64,000 nucleotides of DNA from an uncultured bacterium (GTDB lineage Bacteria > Abyssobacteria > SURF-5). The translations under genes and the position numbers were made by a program. Position 1 is the stretch's first letter, and each line of letters starts with the position of its first letter. Under the pieces are notes generated by a model. That model saw only the letters and a program-made list of their open reading frames with translations. It did no database searches and was not told where the DNA came from. The stretch is taken from positions 1-64,000 of the forward strand of contig CAZSKP010000003.1 in assembly GCA_964607485.1 (NCBI GenBank), written 5' to 3'. Below are positions 19,895-29,647 of the stretch, piece by piece.

Positions 19895-20750
19895 GAGCTT
19901 TTTTCACATGTGCCGACGATTCGACCAGTTGACTGAACATTTTGCCGACGCCCAGCTTGATGAAACTCAACGTGCGCGCTTCCTTCCCCTTCTCCACGGG
20001 GAAATAAGAGAGCAGGTCAACCCGCTCCTCGGCCTCCTCTCGGTCGCATCCCTGCCCGGCAAGCTCGAGCACGCGCCCTCTCATCTCCTCGAAATACGCT
20101 CGCAGTCGCGCCACCGACCCGAGGCCGCACACGCCCCCATGGCCCGGAACGATCGTGGCCACGTCCATCCTCTCGATACGGCCCAGCGCCTCAATCCATT
20201 CGAGAAGGTTGCCGTCGCCGGGAAACGGGTGCCGCTCATGCACGTGAACGTCGCCCGTGAATAGTATGCCATCTTCGGGCAGGTGAACGACAGCGGTGGC
20301 GGGAGTGTGTCCGCCGACGTGCATTATCTCCATCCTTCGGGAACCGATGTTAAGCACGAGCGTCTCGCTGAACGTTATGAAAGGCGAGACGGAGCGCAGG
20401 CTGCGCACCTCGTTCCTCGACTGGGCGTCGATATCGGGAAAGAACACACCTACCATCTGCTCGAACACCTCGGCGTCCTGGGCGGCGAAGGCCGGCTCGG
20501 CCAGTTGATGCGCGATGACACGGTCGCACAGGAGGCAGTCGGTCATCATATGGTCAAAGTGATAGTCGGTATTTATCAGGAATACGACCGTTTCAGCGAG
20601 TGTTCGCGCAAGCGTTTCTCTCCACGCGTGCGCGTCGCGGGGCAGCATCGGGCTGTCGATGAGCACGACGCCCTCACCGGTGCCGATGGCGCCGACGTTG
20701 GCCCCCTCCCATTCGGTCTCACAGATAATCCCGTCCCCAACCTTAATCAT
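19884..20750 (-). CDS. MBL-fold metallo-hydrolase (cyclase-like)
   Basis: NTDYHFDH, GHT, FTGD, PGHG. Confidence 0.9.
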   Translation of the reverse strand: MIKVGDGIICETEWEGANVGAIGTGEGVVLIDSPMLPRDAHAWRETLARTLAETVVFLINTDYHFDHMMTDCLLCDRVIAHQLAEPAFAAQDAEVFEQMVGVFFPDIDAQSRNEVRSLRSVSPFITFSETLVLNIGSRRMEIMHVGGHTPATAVVHLPEDGILFTGDVHVHERHPFPGDGNLLEWIEALGRIERMDVATIVPGHGGVCGLGSVARLRAYFEEMRGRVLELAGQGCDREEAEERVDLLSYFPVEKGKEARTLSFIKLGVGKMFSQLVESSAHVKKAHER

Positions 20751-20896
20751 TGGTTGTTCCTCCCGACGTCTCCGCTTCTCGATGTCGGACGTGTCTTTGG
20801 CCTTTCGCCCGACTATAATAGCATCGGCCCGAAAAGGTTGTCAACGAGTCTGGCCCGCCCGTTTCCCCCGACCTGTCGGGGGCGGCCAATTTCCGC

Positions 20897-20926
20897 TTGA
20901 CCGAAAACGGGTGGGTATGCTATAAT
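20897..20926 (+). promoter_or_regulatory. sigma70 promoter (extended -10) for M23-bactofilin-mnmA
   Basis: TTGACC-18-TATAAT with TGn. Confidence 0.7.
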
Positions 20927-21052
20927 CAGCCAAACGCGGGCGGATGTCTTTTCCGAAGCATCCGGGTCCTGCGTAAGTAGTTGGTTTACAAGCAGTACTG
21001 GAGTGATCGGAACGACACGGGGTAGCGTGAGGTAAGATCCACCGGGGTGGAA

Positions 21053-21967
21053 ATGCAGAAGAAGTGGAATGTGATGATCGTCCCGAGCTCGCCCGGACGG
21101 GAGATCCTCAGCTTTCATATCTCGTTGCGCTCACTCACCATAGCAGGCATCACGGCCGCCTCCCTCCTTATCCTTACTCTGTCCGTTATCCTGTACACCG
21201 GCCATAAGTGGCAGAAAGCGAAGTCGACGCAAATAACGCATTTGCAGTCGGAGATAGAAGCCCGTGACGTGGAGCTTTCCCAGCTCAACCGGGAATTCAC
21301 CATCCTCGAGGAATTGGAGGACAAGCTGCGCACTATCGCCGGCCTCAAGCCTCGCGAGCGCTCGAAGTTCGACGCAGCCGCGGGCGGCCAGGGAGGACCC
21401 GATTGGGAAGCTTCCGCCGGCGACGTCTCGGTTCAGTCCCCCACCTACGCGATGCCCGAGCCCGCCACCCAGCACTCCGTGCAGGAACTTCTCGACGGCT
21501 CTCTTGAGCTCAAGGACAGCTTCGCGGAGGTCCTGGATGTGTTCGAGCGCGAAAGCGTCAGGCTGTCAAGCATCCCTTCCATCAATCCTGTCTCCTCGCA
21601 GGAGGCGTGGATTTCCTCGGGCTTCGGCTACCGCGAAGACCCGATCAATGGCAAGAGACGCTTTCACGAAGGTTCCGACATCGTGGCTCCGCGCGGAACC
21701 CCCGTGATCGCCCCCGCCGACGGCATCGTGGCTTACGCAGGATGGCGCGACGGAATGGGCAGGATGATCGAGATAGAACACGGATACGGATACACCACCG
21801 TGTACGGCCACAACGACAAGCTTCTTGTGAAGAAGGGAGACATCGTGAAACGCGGCGACATGATCTCCCGGGTGGGAAGCAGCGGTCGAAGCACCGGCCC
21901 ACATCTCCACTACGAGGTTCGCCTCAACGGGAAGCTTGTCAATCCTTACAAGTATTTGGTGGAATGA
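21053..21967 (+). CDS. M23 family metallopeptidase
   Basis: HEGSD, GRSTGPHLHYEV. Confidence 0.95.
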   Translation: MQKKWNVMIVPSSPGREILSFHISLRSLTIAGITAASLLILTLSVILYTGHKWQKAKSTQITHLQSEIEARDVELSQLNREFTILEELEDKLRTIAGLKPRERSKFDAAAGGQGGPDWEASAGDVSVQSPTYAMPEPATQHSVQELLDGSLELKDSFAEVLDVFERESVRLSSIPSINPVSSQEAWISSGFGYREDPINGKRRFHEGSDIVAPRGTPVIAPADGIVAYAGWRDGMGRMIEIEHGYGYTTVYGHNDKLLVKKGDIVKRGDMISRVGSSGRSTGPHLHYEVRLNGKLVNPYKYLVE

Positions 21968-22194
21968 TTTCCACAACAGCTTTGCCCGAACAGGTCGGGA
22001 AAGTCCCCGTTTAGTCCAACACAGAGCGCGTCTATTCAGCAAGTCGATTGAGGGAGGACGGCCGTTTCGTACCGTGGCGCCGGGAACAATCCGCAAGGGA
22101 TAGTCCGTGACTCGGCCGGGAGCGGCCACGCGCAAACGGGAGGCATCTACCCCACCGGGGGCGTGGGCTTCCAAGAGAGCTGGTGGGAGTTGTT

Positions 22195-22713
22195 ATGCGA
22201 GATTTCTTCGGAAAAAAGAAGCATGACACGAGTGAAGAACAGCCGGTGTTCATCAAAACCAGAGGGCAGCAAGAGATGGTTGATACGAGCAAGGTTGACA
22301 GTGTGATCGGTCCCGGCCTCATGGTGAAGGGCGACATCCACTCGCGCGGTTCGCTGCGCGTGGACGGCAATGTGGAGGGCAACATACGCGCCGACGCCGC
22401 AGTCATTGTAGGAGAGAAAGGCGTCGTGAAGGCGAATGTGACGGCCAACCACATTATCGTCGGAGGAACCGTTCACGGCAACGTCAACGGACGCGAGAAG
22501 GTGGAGATACTCTCGACCGGACGCATGTACGGCGATGTCACCACCGCCGCCGCCAAGTTCGTGGTTGCCGAGGGCGTGATCTTCGAGGGGCGTTGCACGA
22601 TGAGCCAGGCCGACGGGGCCAAGCAGCGTCTCCCGAAGGTGTCGCAGCCTGCCGAGCAAAAGGCCGAGCAAAAGCAGGAGGTGGGGGCCGCAAGCAAGGG
22701 TGGAGCGGCTTAA
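22195..22713 (+). CDS. bactofilin (polymer-forming cytoskeletal protein)
   Basis: SVIGPGLMVKGDI...LRVDG...EGVIFEGRC. Confidence 0.93.
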   Translation: MRDFFGKKKHDTSEEQPVFIKTRGQQEMVDTSKVDSVIGPGLMVKGDIHSRGSLRVDGNVEGNIRADAAVIVGEKGVVKANVTANHIIVGGTVHGNVNGREKVEILSTGRMYGDVTTAAAKFVVAEGVIFEGRCTMSQADGAKQRLPKVSQPAEQKAEQKQEVGAASKGGAA

Positions 22714-22748
22714 GCCCCCTTTGCGGCGCCTCGATGCCTCGCGTCTCG

Positions 22749-23840
22749 ATGCCTCAAAGAGTACTGGCGCTGATGAGTGGCGGCGTCGATAGTTCGACTG
22801 CCGCCGCTTTGCTCTCCCGACAGGGCCTCGAGGTCGTCGGCATCACCATGAAGGTGTGGGACGACGCGGGGACGGCCGACGAGTTCACGCGCCGCTGCTG
22901 TTCCGACGCCGACGCCGAAGATGCACGCCGAGTGTGCGCCCGCCTGAATATCCCCCACTACGTCTCCAACGCCAAAGCTGCGTTTCGCAAGCACATCGTC
23001 GAGCCGTTCTGCAGCGAGTACCTTGCCGGCAGGACACCGAACCCGTGCGTCGTCTGCAACACCGAGATAAAATTCCGACTGATGCTCCGCCGTGCGCGCG
23101 CGCTCGGAGCCACCCACGTCGCCACCGGTCACTACGCGCGCATCGAACGCGACGAGGCGGCCGGCCGATGGCTCCTCCTGAAGGGACGCGACACCTCCAA
23201 GGACCAGTCCTATTTCCTCTACGGCCTCACCCAGAGCCAACTGGCGCACATCCTGTTTCCGCTGGGCGGGCTCACCAAGACGCAGGTGCGCCGCACCGCG
23301 CGCGAGCTCGGCCTGTCCACGGCGCAGAAGCCGGAGAGCCAGGAGATATGCTTCGTGCCCGAGGGCGACTACCGAAAGCTCCTCGAACGCGTCGCGCCCG
23401 AGAGGCCGACGCCGGGGCCGATCGTGCACGTGGACGGAAGGATTCTGGGAACGCACAAGGGCATCGCGAACTACACCATCGGCCAGAGGCGCGGGCTGGG
23501 CGTCGCTCACCCGAGGCCGCTGTACGTCGTCGGGTTCGACATCGGAAGGAACGCGGTTGTGGTCGGCGAATCGGAGCACGTATGGGCCGACGAACTCGTC
23601 GCGGAGAATATGAATTGGATCGCGATAAAGAAGCTCAACGAACCGATGCGCGCTCATGCACGCATCCGCTACAAACATGAGGAAAGCCCCGCCATCGTGA
23701 GCCTGCTCGAAGGTGGCAGCGTGCTCGTCCGGTTCGACCGCCCACAGCGCGCCGTCACCCCCGGCCAGTCCATCGTCTTCTACGACGGCGACGTCGTCAT
23801 CGGCGGCGGGTTAATCGGCTCCGTGCAAAAACAACGATAG
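22749..23840 (+). CDS. mnmA: tRNA 2-thiouridylase
   Basis: MSGGVDSS, TPNPCVVCN, KDQSYFL, PESQEICF. Confidence 0.97.
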   Translation: MPQRVLALMSGGVDSSTAAALLSRQGLEVVGITMKVWDDAGTADEFTRRCCSDADAEDARRVCARLNIPHYVSNAKAAFRKHIVEPFCSEYLAGRTPNPCVVCNTEIKFRLMLRRARALGATHVATGHYARIERDEAAGRWLLLKGRDTSKDQSYFLYGLTQSQLAHILFPLGGLTKTQVRRTARELGLSTAQKPESQEICFVPEGDYRKLLERVAPERPTPGPIVHVDGRILGTHKGIANYTIGQRRGLGVAHPRPLYVVGFDIGRNAVVVGESEHVWADELVAENMNWIAIKKLNEPMRAHARIRYKHEESPAIVSLLEGGSVLVRFDRPQRAVTPGQSIVFYDGDVVIGGGLIGSVQKQR

Positions 23841-23843
23841 AGG

Positions 23844-24644
23844 CTACGCGACGACTGCGGGTTTCTTGCTCTTGGCGTCCTGATAAATCTTGTACGCTTC
23901 GTCCATGGAGGCGTTCTTCTGAACGATGGCGCGGACGGCCTTGATCATGCCCACCGGATGGTCGGACTGGAAGATGTTGCGGCCCATGTCCACCCCCGAG
24001 GCGCCACGGCTGACGGCGTCGTGCGCCATCTGGAGCGCGTCGCGTTCGGGCAGCTTCTTACCGCCGGCGATGACGAGAGGCACCGGGCAGCCCTCGACAA
24101 CCTTCTCGAAATCGTCGCAGTAGTAGGTCTTCACAAAGTGCGCGCCCAGCTCGGCCGCGATTCGGCAGGCCAGGCCGAGGTAGCGGGCGTCGCGCGCCAT
24201 CTCTCTACCGACCGCCGTGACCGCGAGCACGGGGATGCCGAACTTGTTGCCCTGGTTCACCAGCTCGCCCAGCGCGAGCAGCGTCTGCCGCTCGTATTCG
24301 CCGCCGACGAAGATGGACAGCGTGATAGCGGCCACGTTGAGCCGTATCGCCTCTTCGAGTGACGTCATGAGCCCCTCGTTCGAGAGTTCCTTCAGGATGC
24401 TCGTGCCCCCCGACACGCGGAGAACAATCGGTACGTTCGTACGCGCGTCGATACAGCTTCGCAGAACACCGCGAGTGAGCATGAGCGAGTCGGCGTAGGG
24501 AATGAGCGGCTTGATCGTTTTGCCCGGCTGCTGCAGGCCGGTGGTCGGCCCCTGAAAGTAGCCGTGGTCGACTGCCAGCATCACGGTGCGGCCGGTCTTC
24601 GGATTGATTATGCGAGAAAGACGGTTCTGAATTCCCCAATCCAT
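23844..24644 (-). CDS. lsrF: LsrF/DhnA-type class I aldolase-thiolase
   Basis: MDWGIQNRLSRI, AVDHGYFQGPTTGL, GVDMGRNIFQ. Confidence 0.9.
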   Translation of the reverse strand: MDWGIQNRLSRIINPKTGRTVMLAVDHGYFQGPTTGLQQPGKTIKPLIPYADSLMLTRGVLRSCIDARTNVPIVLRVSGGTSILKELSNEGLMTSLEEAIRLNVAAITLSIFVGGEYERQTLLALGELVNQGNKFGIPVLAVTAVGREMARDARYLGLACRIAAELGAHFVKTYYCDDFEKVVEGCPVPLVIAGGKKLPERDALQMAHDAVSRGASGVDMGRNIFQSDHPVGMIKAVRAIVQKNASMDEAYKIYQDAKSKKPAVVA

Positions 24645-24724
24645 TTCAACAACCTCCTTTGATTGTCATTATTTTGCCTGCTGTCACGTTTCATGAACCC
24701 TTCGACGTATGCTATTCGCTCATC

Positions 24725-24748
24725 GTAGGGGCGCATGGTCGTGCGCCC
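24725..24748. repeat. GTAG-family REP
   Basis: GTAGGGGCGCATGGTCGTGCGCCC. Confidence 0.75.
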
Positions 24749-24788
24749 TCACATCCCTGTACGGATGCTGTAACCTTCTCGGTGCTTG

Positions 24789-25817
24789 TCATCGTTGCGG
24801 CTCGATGACTACCTTCATTGATTCCTTCGCGTCGGCGACGAGTCGGAATCCCAACCCCGTCTCCGCCAGGCCGAGTCGATGAGTAATCATCTCGCGCACC
24901 CGCAAGTTGCCCGAGCGCAAGAGTTCAACCGCCGTCACGTGGTCGGCGGGGCTGCCCGCATACGACGACGTGAGCGTCACGCCGTCGCGGAAGAAGAGCT
25001 GCGTCACATCGATGGGAACGGTCACGCCGGGGTCGGTCGGCGCGAACAGCAGCACCGTGCCTCCCCTATCGATCGATTCCAGCGCCTGATTGATGGCGCT
25101 CACCGCGCCGGTGCACACGAACACCACGTCGGCCAGCCTGCCGTCGTTGAGCTCGCGCACCCTGGCGGGCACATCTTCGTCGGCGCGGACGACGGCGTCA
25201 GCGCCAAACCGTCGCGCGGCGTCGAGCCGATACTGGACGACATCGGTCGCGATGATGCGGCCCGCGCCCGAGGCGCGCGCAAGGTGCATCTGCAACAAGC
25301 CCGTCATGCCGCTGCCCACAACGAGCACGCTCTGGCCGGGCCGAAGCCGCGCGATTCGCTGCGCGCGCAGCACGCACGCGAGCGGCTCGACAAAAGTGGC
25401 TTCCTCGTAAGAAAGCTCATCGGGAAGCGGATACACGCCTCGGTCCACGTTGATGGCGGGCAGTCGCACGTATTCGGCGAAGCCGCCCGGGTCGAAGCCG
25501 GTGCTGCGAAGCGTGTCGCACACCGTGTGGCGGCCCGTCAGACAGTAATGGCACGTGTTGCACGGGACGTGGTGCGAGGCGGAGACGCGGTCGCCCTTCT
25601 TATAGCGCTCGACGCCGCTTCCGACCTCGACTATCTCGCCCGCAATCTCGTGACCGAGCACCAGCGGCGCCTTCTTTATACGGTACCATTCCATCACGTC
25701 GCTGCCGCAGATGCCGCTGGCCTCTATCCGAACTAACGCTTCGCCGGGGCCGATCTTTGGCTTCGGCCGCTCTTCGACGCGAACGTCGTTATTGTTGTAA
25801 TATACGGCGACCCGCAT
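24789..25817 (-). CDS. Zn-dependent alcohol/sugar-alcohol dehydrogenase
   Basis: GICGSD, GHE, CxxCxxC. Confidence 0.95.
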   Translation of the reverse strand: MRVAVYYNNNDVRVEERPKPKIGPGEALVRIEASGICGSDVMEWYRIKKAPLVLGHEIAGEIVEVGSGVERYKKGDRVSASHHVPCNTCHYCLTGRHTVCDTLRSTGFDPGGFAEYVRLPAINVDRGVYPLPDELSYEEATFVEPLACVLRAQRIARLRPGQSVLVVGSGMTGLLQMHLARASGAGRIIATDVVQYRLDAARRFGADAVVRADEDVPARVRELNDGRLADVVFVCTGAVSAINQALESIDRGGTVLLFAPTDPGVTVPIDVTQLFFRDGVTLTSSYAGSPADHVTAVELLRSGNLRVREMITHRLGLAETGLGFRLVADAKESMKVVIEPQR

Positions 25818-25823
25818 GGCTAA

Positions 25824-25852
25824 ATAATATCCATGCGTCGCACCTTTGTCAA
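25824..25852 (-). promoter_or_regulatory. sigma70 promoter abutting the ADH start codon
   Basis: TTGACA-17-TATTAT ending 6 nt before ATG. Confidence 0.75.
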
Positions 25853-25948
25853 CCGACCTCGATAAAGGGGAGTGTTCTCGTCAGGGTAAAGAAGGATGGG
25901 AAACGAAGGCGCACGGCGGTTTTCAATAAACCCGCGCGCGCCCAATAC

Positions 25949-26305
25949 TCAGGTTACGATGAGCGAGTGCTTCTTCGATGCTCCCTGCAATTTTGCCGCG
26001 TTTTCCGTCAGTTGGTTCACAGCCTCGCCGAATTCCCGGATGCCATCGTCATCCGCGTCGCTCAATTCCTCGGCTTGGTCGGCAATGGCCTGGCTCGCCT
26101 CGAGCACAAGAAACGCGGGCTGCATCGCCTTCTTGGTTTTCAAGAACACTTTCTCTTTGAGTCCCTCAAGAAGCTCGGCGACCTCTTCGATGGCCTTCTT
26201 GTGGCCGTCAAGGTTCGAATCGTCCACCGAATCGAGCGCGGACAGAGCTTCGCGGCATTTCTCGATGCTGTCGAGCACGTATTGTTTCGCTTCGGGTTCG
26301 CTCAC
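25949..26305 (-). CDS. hypothetical acidic helical protein
   Basis: 118 aa ORF, AGGGG SD. Confidence 0.7.
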   Translation of the reverse strand: MSEPEAKQYVLDSIEKCREALSALDSVDDSNLDGHKKAIEEVAELLEGLKEKVFLKTKKAMQPAFLVLEASQAIADQAEELSDADDDGIREFGEAVNQLTENAAKLQGASKKHSLIVT

Positions 26306-26435
26306 TTCGATGACCCCCTTCGTCGATCGTTCATAATGCCTTCGCTCATCTTGCAGGGGCGGTTCGCTGACCCCTGCAGTCGGAATCTTCTACAAATATT
26401 TTACCACAATATCGCCGAAATGTCGCGCCGAAACG

Positions 26436-27305
26436 TCATTCCCCGAGCGCGGCATCCATGGCGGATTTCAGCATCGAGTGAAATGCGTCGAAGCTGGTGT
26501 TCTGGTAGTTCAAAACCTTCTGCGATTCCGCCGTGTCGTACCAGTCGAGCCAGCCGGGTTTTTCGTAGAATTTCTGCGAATCGAAGTCGATGTCGAGCGT
26601 GTCGCAATAGCGGCACGCATACTCCTCGCCGGTCATCTGCCACGACGTTCCGCCCGCGAGGTTGAACTCCTTGCCATACGCGGACGAGTTGTCGACGAGA
26701 TTCACGAGCGCGGTGACGAGGTCGTTGAGCGCGATGAACTCCACGCGCTGGCCGGGCATAAACGGCCACGGGTCAGGAGGGTCGAGGAATGCGGGCACGG
26801 CTATGCCCGCGACTCTGAGGATGACGTGAGGGATTCCCGCCTCTCTCACTTGCTTCTCGGCCGTAATCTTGCTCTCGGGATACACGTTCAGCGCCTGCTG
26901 CCGATGGTCAACGCGAACGGGCGGCTCCTCTTTCGATGTGTCGCCGTACGTCGAGACGGACGACGAGAATACGAGCGGAATGGAGCCCTCCTCTTTGCAG
27001 GCGTTGATGACGACGCCCGTGCCGTAAACGTTCACCGACATCGTCGCCGAGCGGTCCTGTTCGCTGACCGGCGGAAGAATGGCGGCAAGATGAAACACGG
27101 TGGAGCACCCTTTGACGCAGTCTTTTATCAGGCGGGGGTCGCGAATGTCGCCCTTGAAAATCTCGAACCCTTCTTCGCCCTCAAACGGAGAGAAATCGGC
27201 GGCCTCGATGTCCATGACGCGCACGTGGTGGCCGCTTTCGCGCAGGCCGTACGCAAGGTTTGCGCCCAGGCGGCCGGCGCCGCCCGTCACGAGAACACAG
27301 CCCAT
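26436..27305 (-). CDS. NAD-dependent epimerase/dehydratase
   Basis: TGGAGRLG, YPESK. Confidence 0.92.
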   Translation of the reverse strand: MGCVLVTGGAGRLGANLAYGLRESGHHVRVMDIEAADFSPFEGEEGFEIFKGDIRDPRLIKDCVKGCSTVFHLAAILPPVSEQDRSATMSVNVYGTGVVINACKEEGSIPLVFSSSVSTYGDTSKEEPPVRVDHRQQALNVYPESKITAEKQVREAGIPHVILRVAGIAVPAFLDPPDPWPFMPGQRVEFIALNDLVTALVNLVDNSSAYGKEFNLAGGTSWQMTGEEYACRYCDTLDIDFDSQKFYEKPGWLDWYDTAESQKVLNYQNTSFDAFHSMLKSAMDAALGE

Positions 27306-27309
27306 GCTC

Positions 27310-27588
27310 TCATCCTCCTGACACGGGTATGAGGAAATGTATTTCCTCATGTTCCGACAGAGATGTGTCGCGAGTTTCGATATCGCCGCTCGAGCCTATC
27401 GCGGAGACCGGTTTTATGAATTCGCCACGTTCGGCGTCCCAGCATTTCTTGGGGAATTTGTCGCCGTATCGTGCCGCCAGTTCTTTCAGAAGGTCGTCGT
27501 AGAGCGCGCCGTCGGGAAGTTCGATCTCGACCGATTCGACGCCCGCATAATTCGAGAGCATTCCCATAAAATTGACCTTGACCTTCAT
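27310..27588 (-). CDS. MoaD/ThiS sulfur carrier
   Basis: 92 aa with C-terminal GG, downstream of AOR. Confidence 0.88.
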   Translation of the reverse strand: MKVKVNFMGMLSNYAGVESVEIELPDGALYDDLLKELAARYGDKFPKKCWDAERGEFIKPVSAIGSSGDIETRDTSLSEHEEIHFLIPVSGG

Positions 27589-27620
27589 GGATCCGCCTCA
27601 GCCCTCGCTGCGGAAACAGT

Positions 27621-27680
27621 GAGATTGTCTGAGAGATTGTCTGACAACTCTGTAGGGGCGCACGGCCGTGCGCCCCTACA
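27621..27680. repeat. 12 bp tandem (GAGATTGTCTGA x2) plus perfect 30 bp GTAG-REP palindrome
   Basis: TGTAGGGGCGCACGG-CCGTGCGCCCCTACA at 27651-27680. Confidence 0.9.
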
Positions 27681-27793
27681 ACAAGACGCGGCATGAGAAT
27701 CACGACAAGAGTTCATTTTCACAAATAGTAGTACAATCCCTTTCGCAACCAGAGACCAAGAACTGTAAACCGCAGGCCGAAAACCGCAAACCA

Positions 27794-29647
27794 TCAATAC
27801 AGGTCTTTGATTGCGTATTCGAGGCCGAGCTCGGTCAGCTTCTCCTTGGTCGGGATGCCGTCCTTGTTCCATCCGCGAACGGCGTAGTACTCGACAAGCT
27901 GGCTCTCGAGGTCGGCGACCTTTCCCGCATGCCCGCCCTCGGTGGTCGGAGTGAGCAAGCGCTCGGGCAGGGTGTCGTCTTTCCCGCTCACGCCGCACCT
28001 GACGCTGAATGCGCGCTGCAGGTTGGTGATGCGCTCGGCAATGAGCGGGATGTGCTTCGACTGGTATGCCATGCCCGACGTGATGCCGAGCAGTTGTACC
28101 ACGTGGAAAGGAGCCAGGCCCAGCCCGCAGAACTGACAGACCACGAGCGAGTTGATAAGCGAGGCCTGGTCCTGGGCGGCCTTCGTGTTGACGCCTTTGC
28201 CCTTCTTGTCGAATCGGCCTTGCTTATACAGCGCCCCGAAGCCGGGCGCGATGATGCCCATATCGTATATGAACGCCGCGCCGTGCAGGTGACATGCGCC
28301 GCGGGGCGATGTGGCGTAGTTGACGGCCATGCTGTGGAACGCGCGCGGGTCGTGCATGGGCACCTCGAGGCCCTTGACGTGAATCGCGTACTTATCGGTT
28401 CCCTTGCCGAGTTCCTCCGAGGCCCGCTTCACGCCTTTCCCTAGGAGCGCGCCGAGCCCCTTCGCCTGGCCTATCTGGTGGGTCATCTCGATGATGGCGT
28501 CCACGTTGCCCCACGTGAGCTCGACGCCGCCAGTGTCCTGCTTCGTGATGACGCCGTTCTCATAGGCCTCCATCGCGAACGCGATGGCGCAGCCGGCGGA
28601 GATCGTGTCGAGGCCGTATGCGTTGCACAAATCGTTCAGGTGGCAGATGGATTCGAGGTCGTCGTTGAGCAGCATGGAGCCGAAGGTGCCGAGCGTTTCA
28701 TATTCGGGGCCCGGCCCTTCCATCTTGAAACGCCCGTCTTCGATCTTAATCCAACGCGAGCAGCCGATGGGACAGTTGTAGCACGGTTTGTGCGGGCGCA
28801 GGATGGTATCGGCCATTCTCTTGCCGCCGATGGAGATGCAGCCCTCTTTCCACAGGCCCTTGCGCCAGTTCTGGACGGGTATGTCGCCGGTGACCCACGC
28901 GGTGTCCATGCTCGAGGCGGTGCCGAGAGTGCGCATGGGTTCGAGCAGCGGATTCTCCGCGAGCTCCTGGTGGAATTTCTTGGACATCTCGCCCAGGGCT
29001 TCCGCGTCGGCCACGGCCACCTTCTTTTTTCCGCGAACCGCGATCGCCTTCAGGTTCTTCGAGCCCATGACGGCGCCGACGCCCGCGCGTCCGGCGGCGC
29101 GGCCTTCGTCGTTCATCACGGCGGATATGAGCACCTTGTTCTCGCCCGCTTGGCCGATACACGAGACACAAATCCTCTTGTCGCCGAGTTCTTTCTTTAT
29201 CGCCTCCTGCGTGGCGTAGCTGTCCTTACCCCACAGCTTCGAGGCGTCGCGCAGCTCGGCCTTGCCGTCGGATATCCACAGATAGACGGGTTTCGGGGAA
29301 GCGCCTTCGACGATTATGCCGTCGAATCCGGCCTTCTTGAAATCGACCGCCCAGTAGCCGGCTGAGCTGGCATCGACCCAGATGTTGGTGAGCGGCGATT
29401 TCGTGCAGACTTCGTAGCGGCCGCTTGTGGGAAATTTTGTGGCGGTGACGGGTCCGGTGACGAATGCTATCTTGTTTTCCGGTCCGAGCGGATCGGCGTC
29501 GGGGGGTACTTCGTCGTAAACGATCTTTGTTCCGAGTCCGGCGCCCCCGATGAAGTCGCGGGCGTCGTCCATGTTCAGGTCTTCTATTTCTACTTTGCCC
29601 TCAGACAGTTTTGCTCGAATGAGCTTTCCCATGTACCCCAACGCCAT
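27794..29647 (-). CDS. aor: aldehyde:ferredoxin oxidoreductase (W-pterin family)
   Basis: GRAGVGAVMGSKNLKA, CYNCPIGC, GPEYET, GLDTIS, RGACH. Confidence 0.96.
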   Translation of the reverse strand: MALGYMGKLIRAKLSEGKVEIEDLNMDDARDFIGGAGLGTKIVYDEVPPDADPLGPENKIAFVTGPVTATKFPTSGRYEVCTKSPLTNIWVDASSAGYWAVDFKKAGFDGIIVEGASPKPVYLWISDGKAELRDASKLWGKDSYATQEAIKKELGDKRICVSCIGQAGENKVLISAVMNDEGRAAGRAGVGAVMGSKNLKAIAVRGKKKVAVADAEALGEMSKKFHQELAENPLLEPMRTLGTASSMDTAWVTGDIPVQNWRKGLWKEGCISIGGKRMADTILRPHKPCYNCPIGCSRWIKIEDGRFKMEGPGPEYETLGTFGSMLLNDDLESICHLNDLCNAYGLDTISAGCAIAFAMEAYENGVITKQDTGGVELTWGNVDAIIEMTHQIGQAKGLGALLGKGVKRASEELGKGTDKYAIHVKGLEVPMHDPRAFHSMAVNYATSPRGACHLHGAAFIYDMGIIAPGFGALYKQGRFDKKGKGVNTKAAQDQASLINSLVVCQFCGLGLAPFHVVQLLGITSGMAYQSKHIPLIAERITNLQRAFSVRCGVSGKDDTLPERLLTPTTEGGHAGKVADLESQLVEYYAVRGWNKDGIPTKEKLTELGLEYAIKDLY

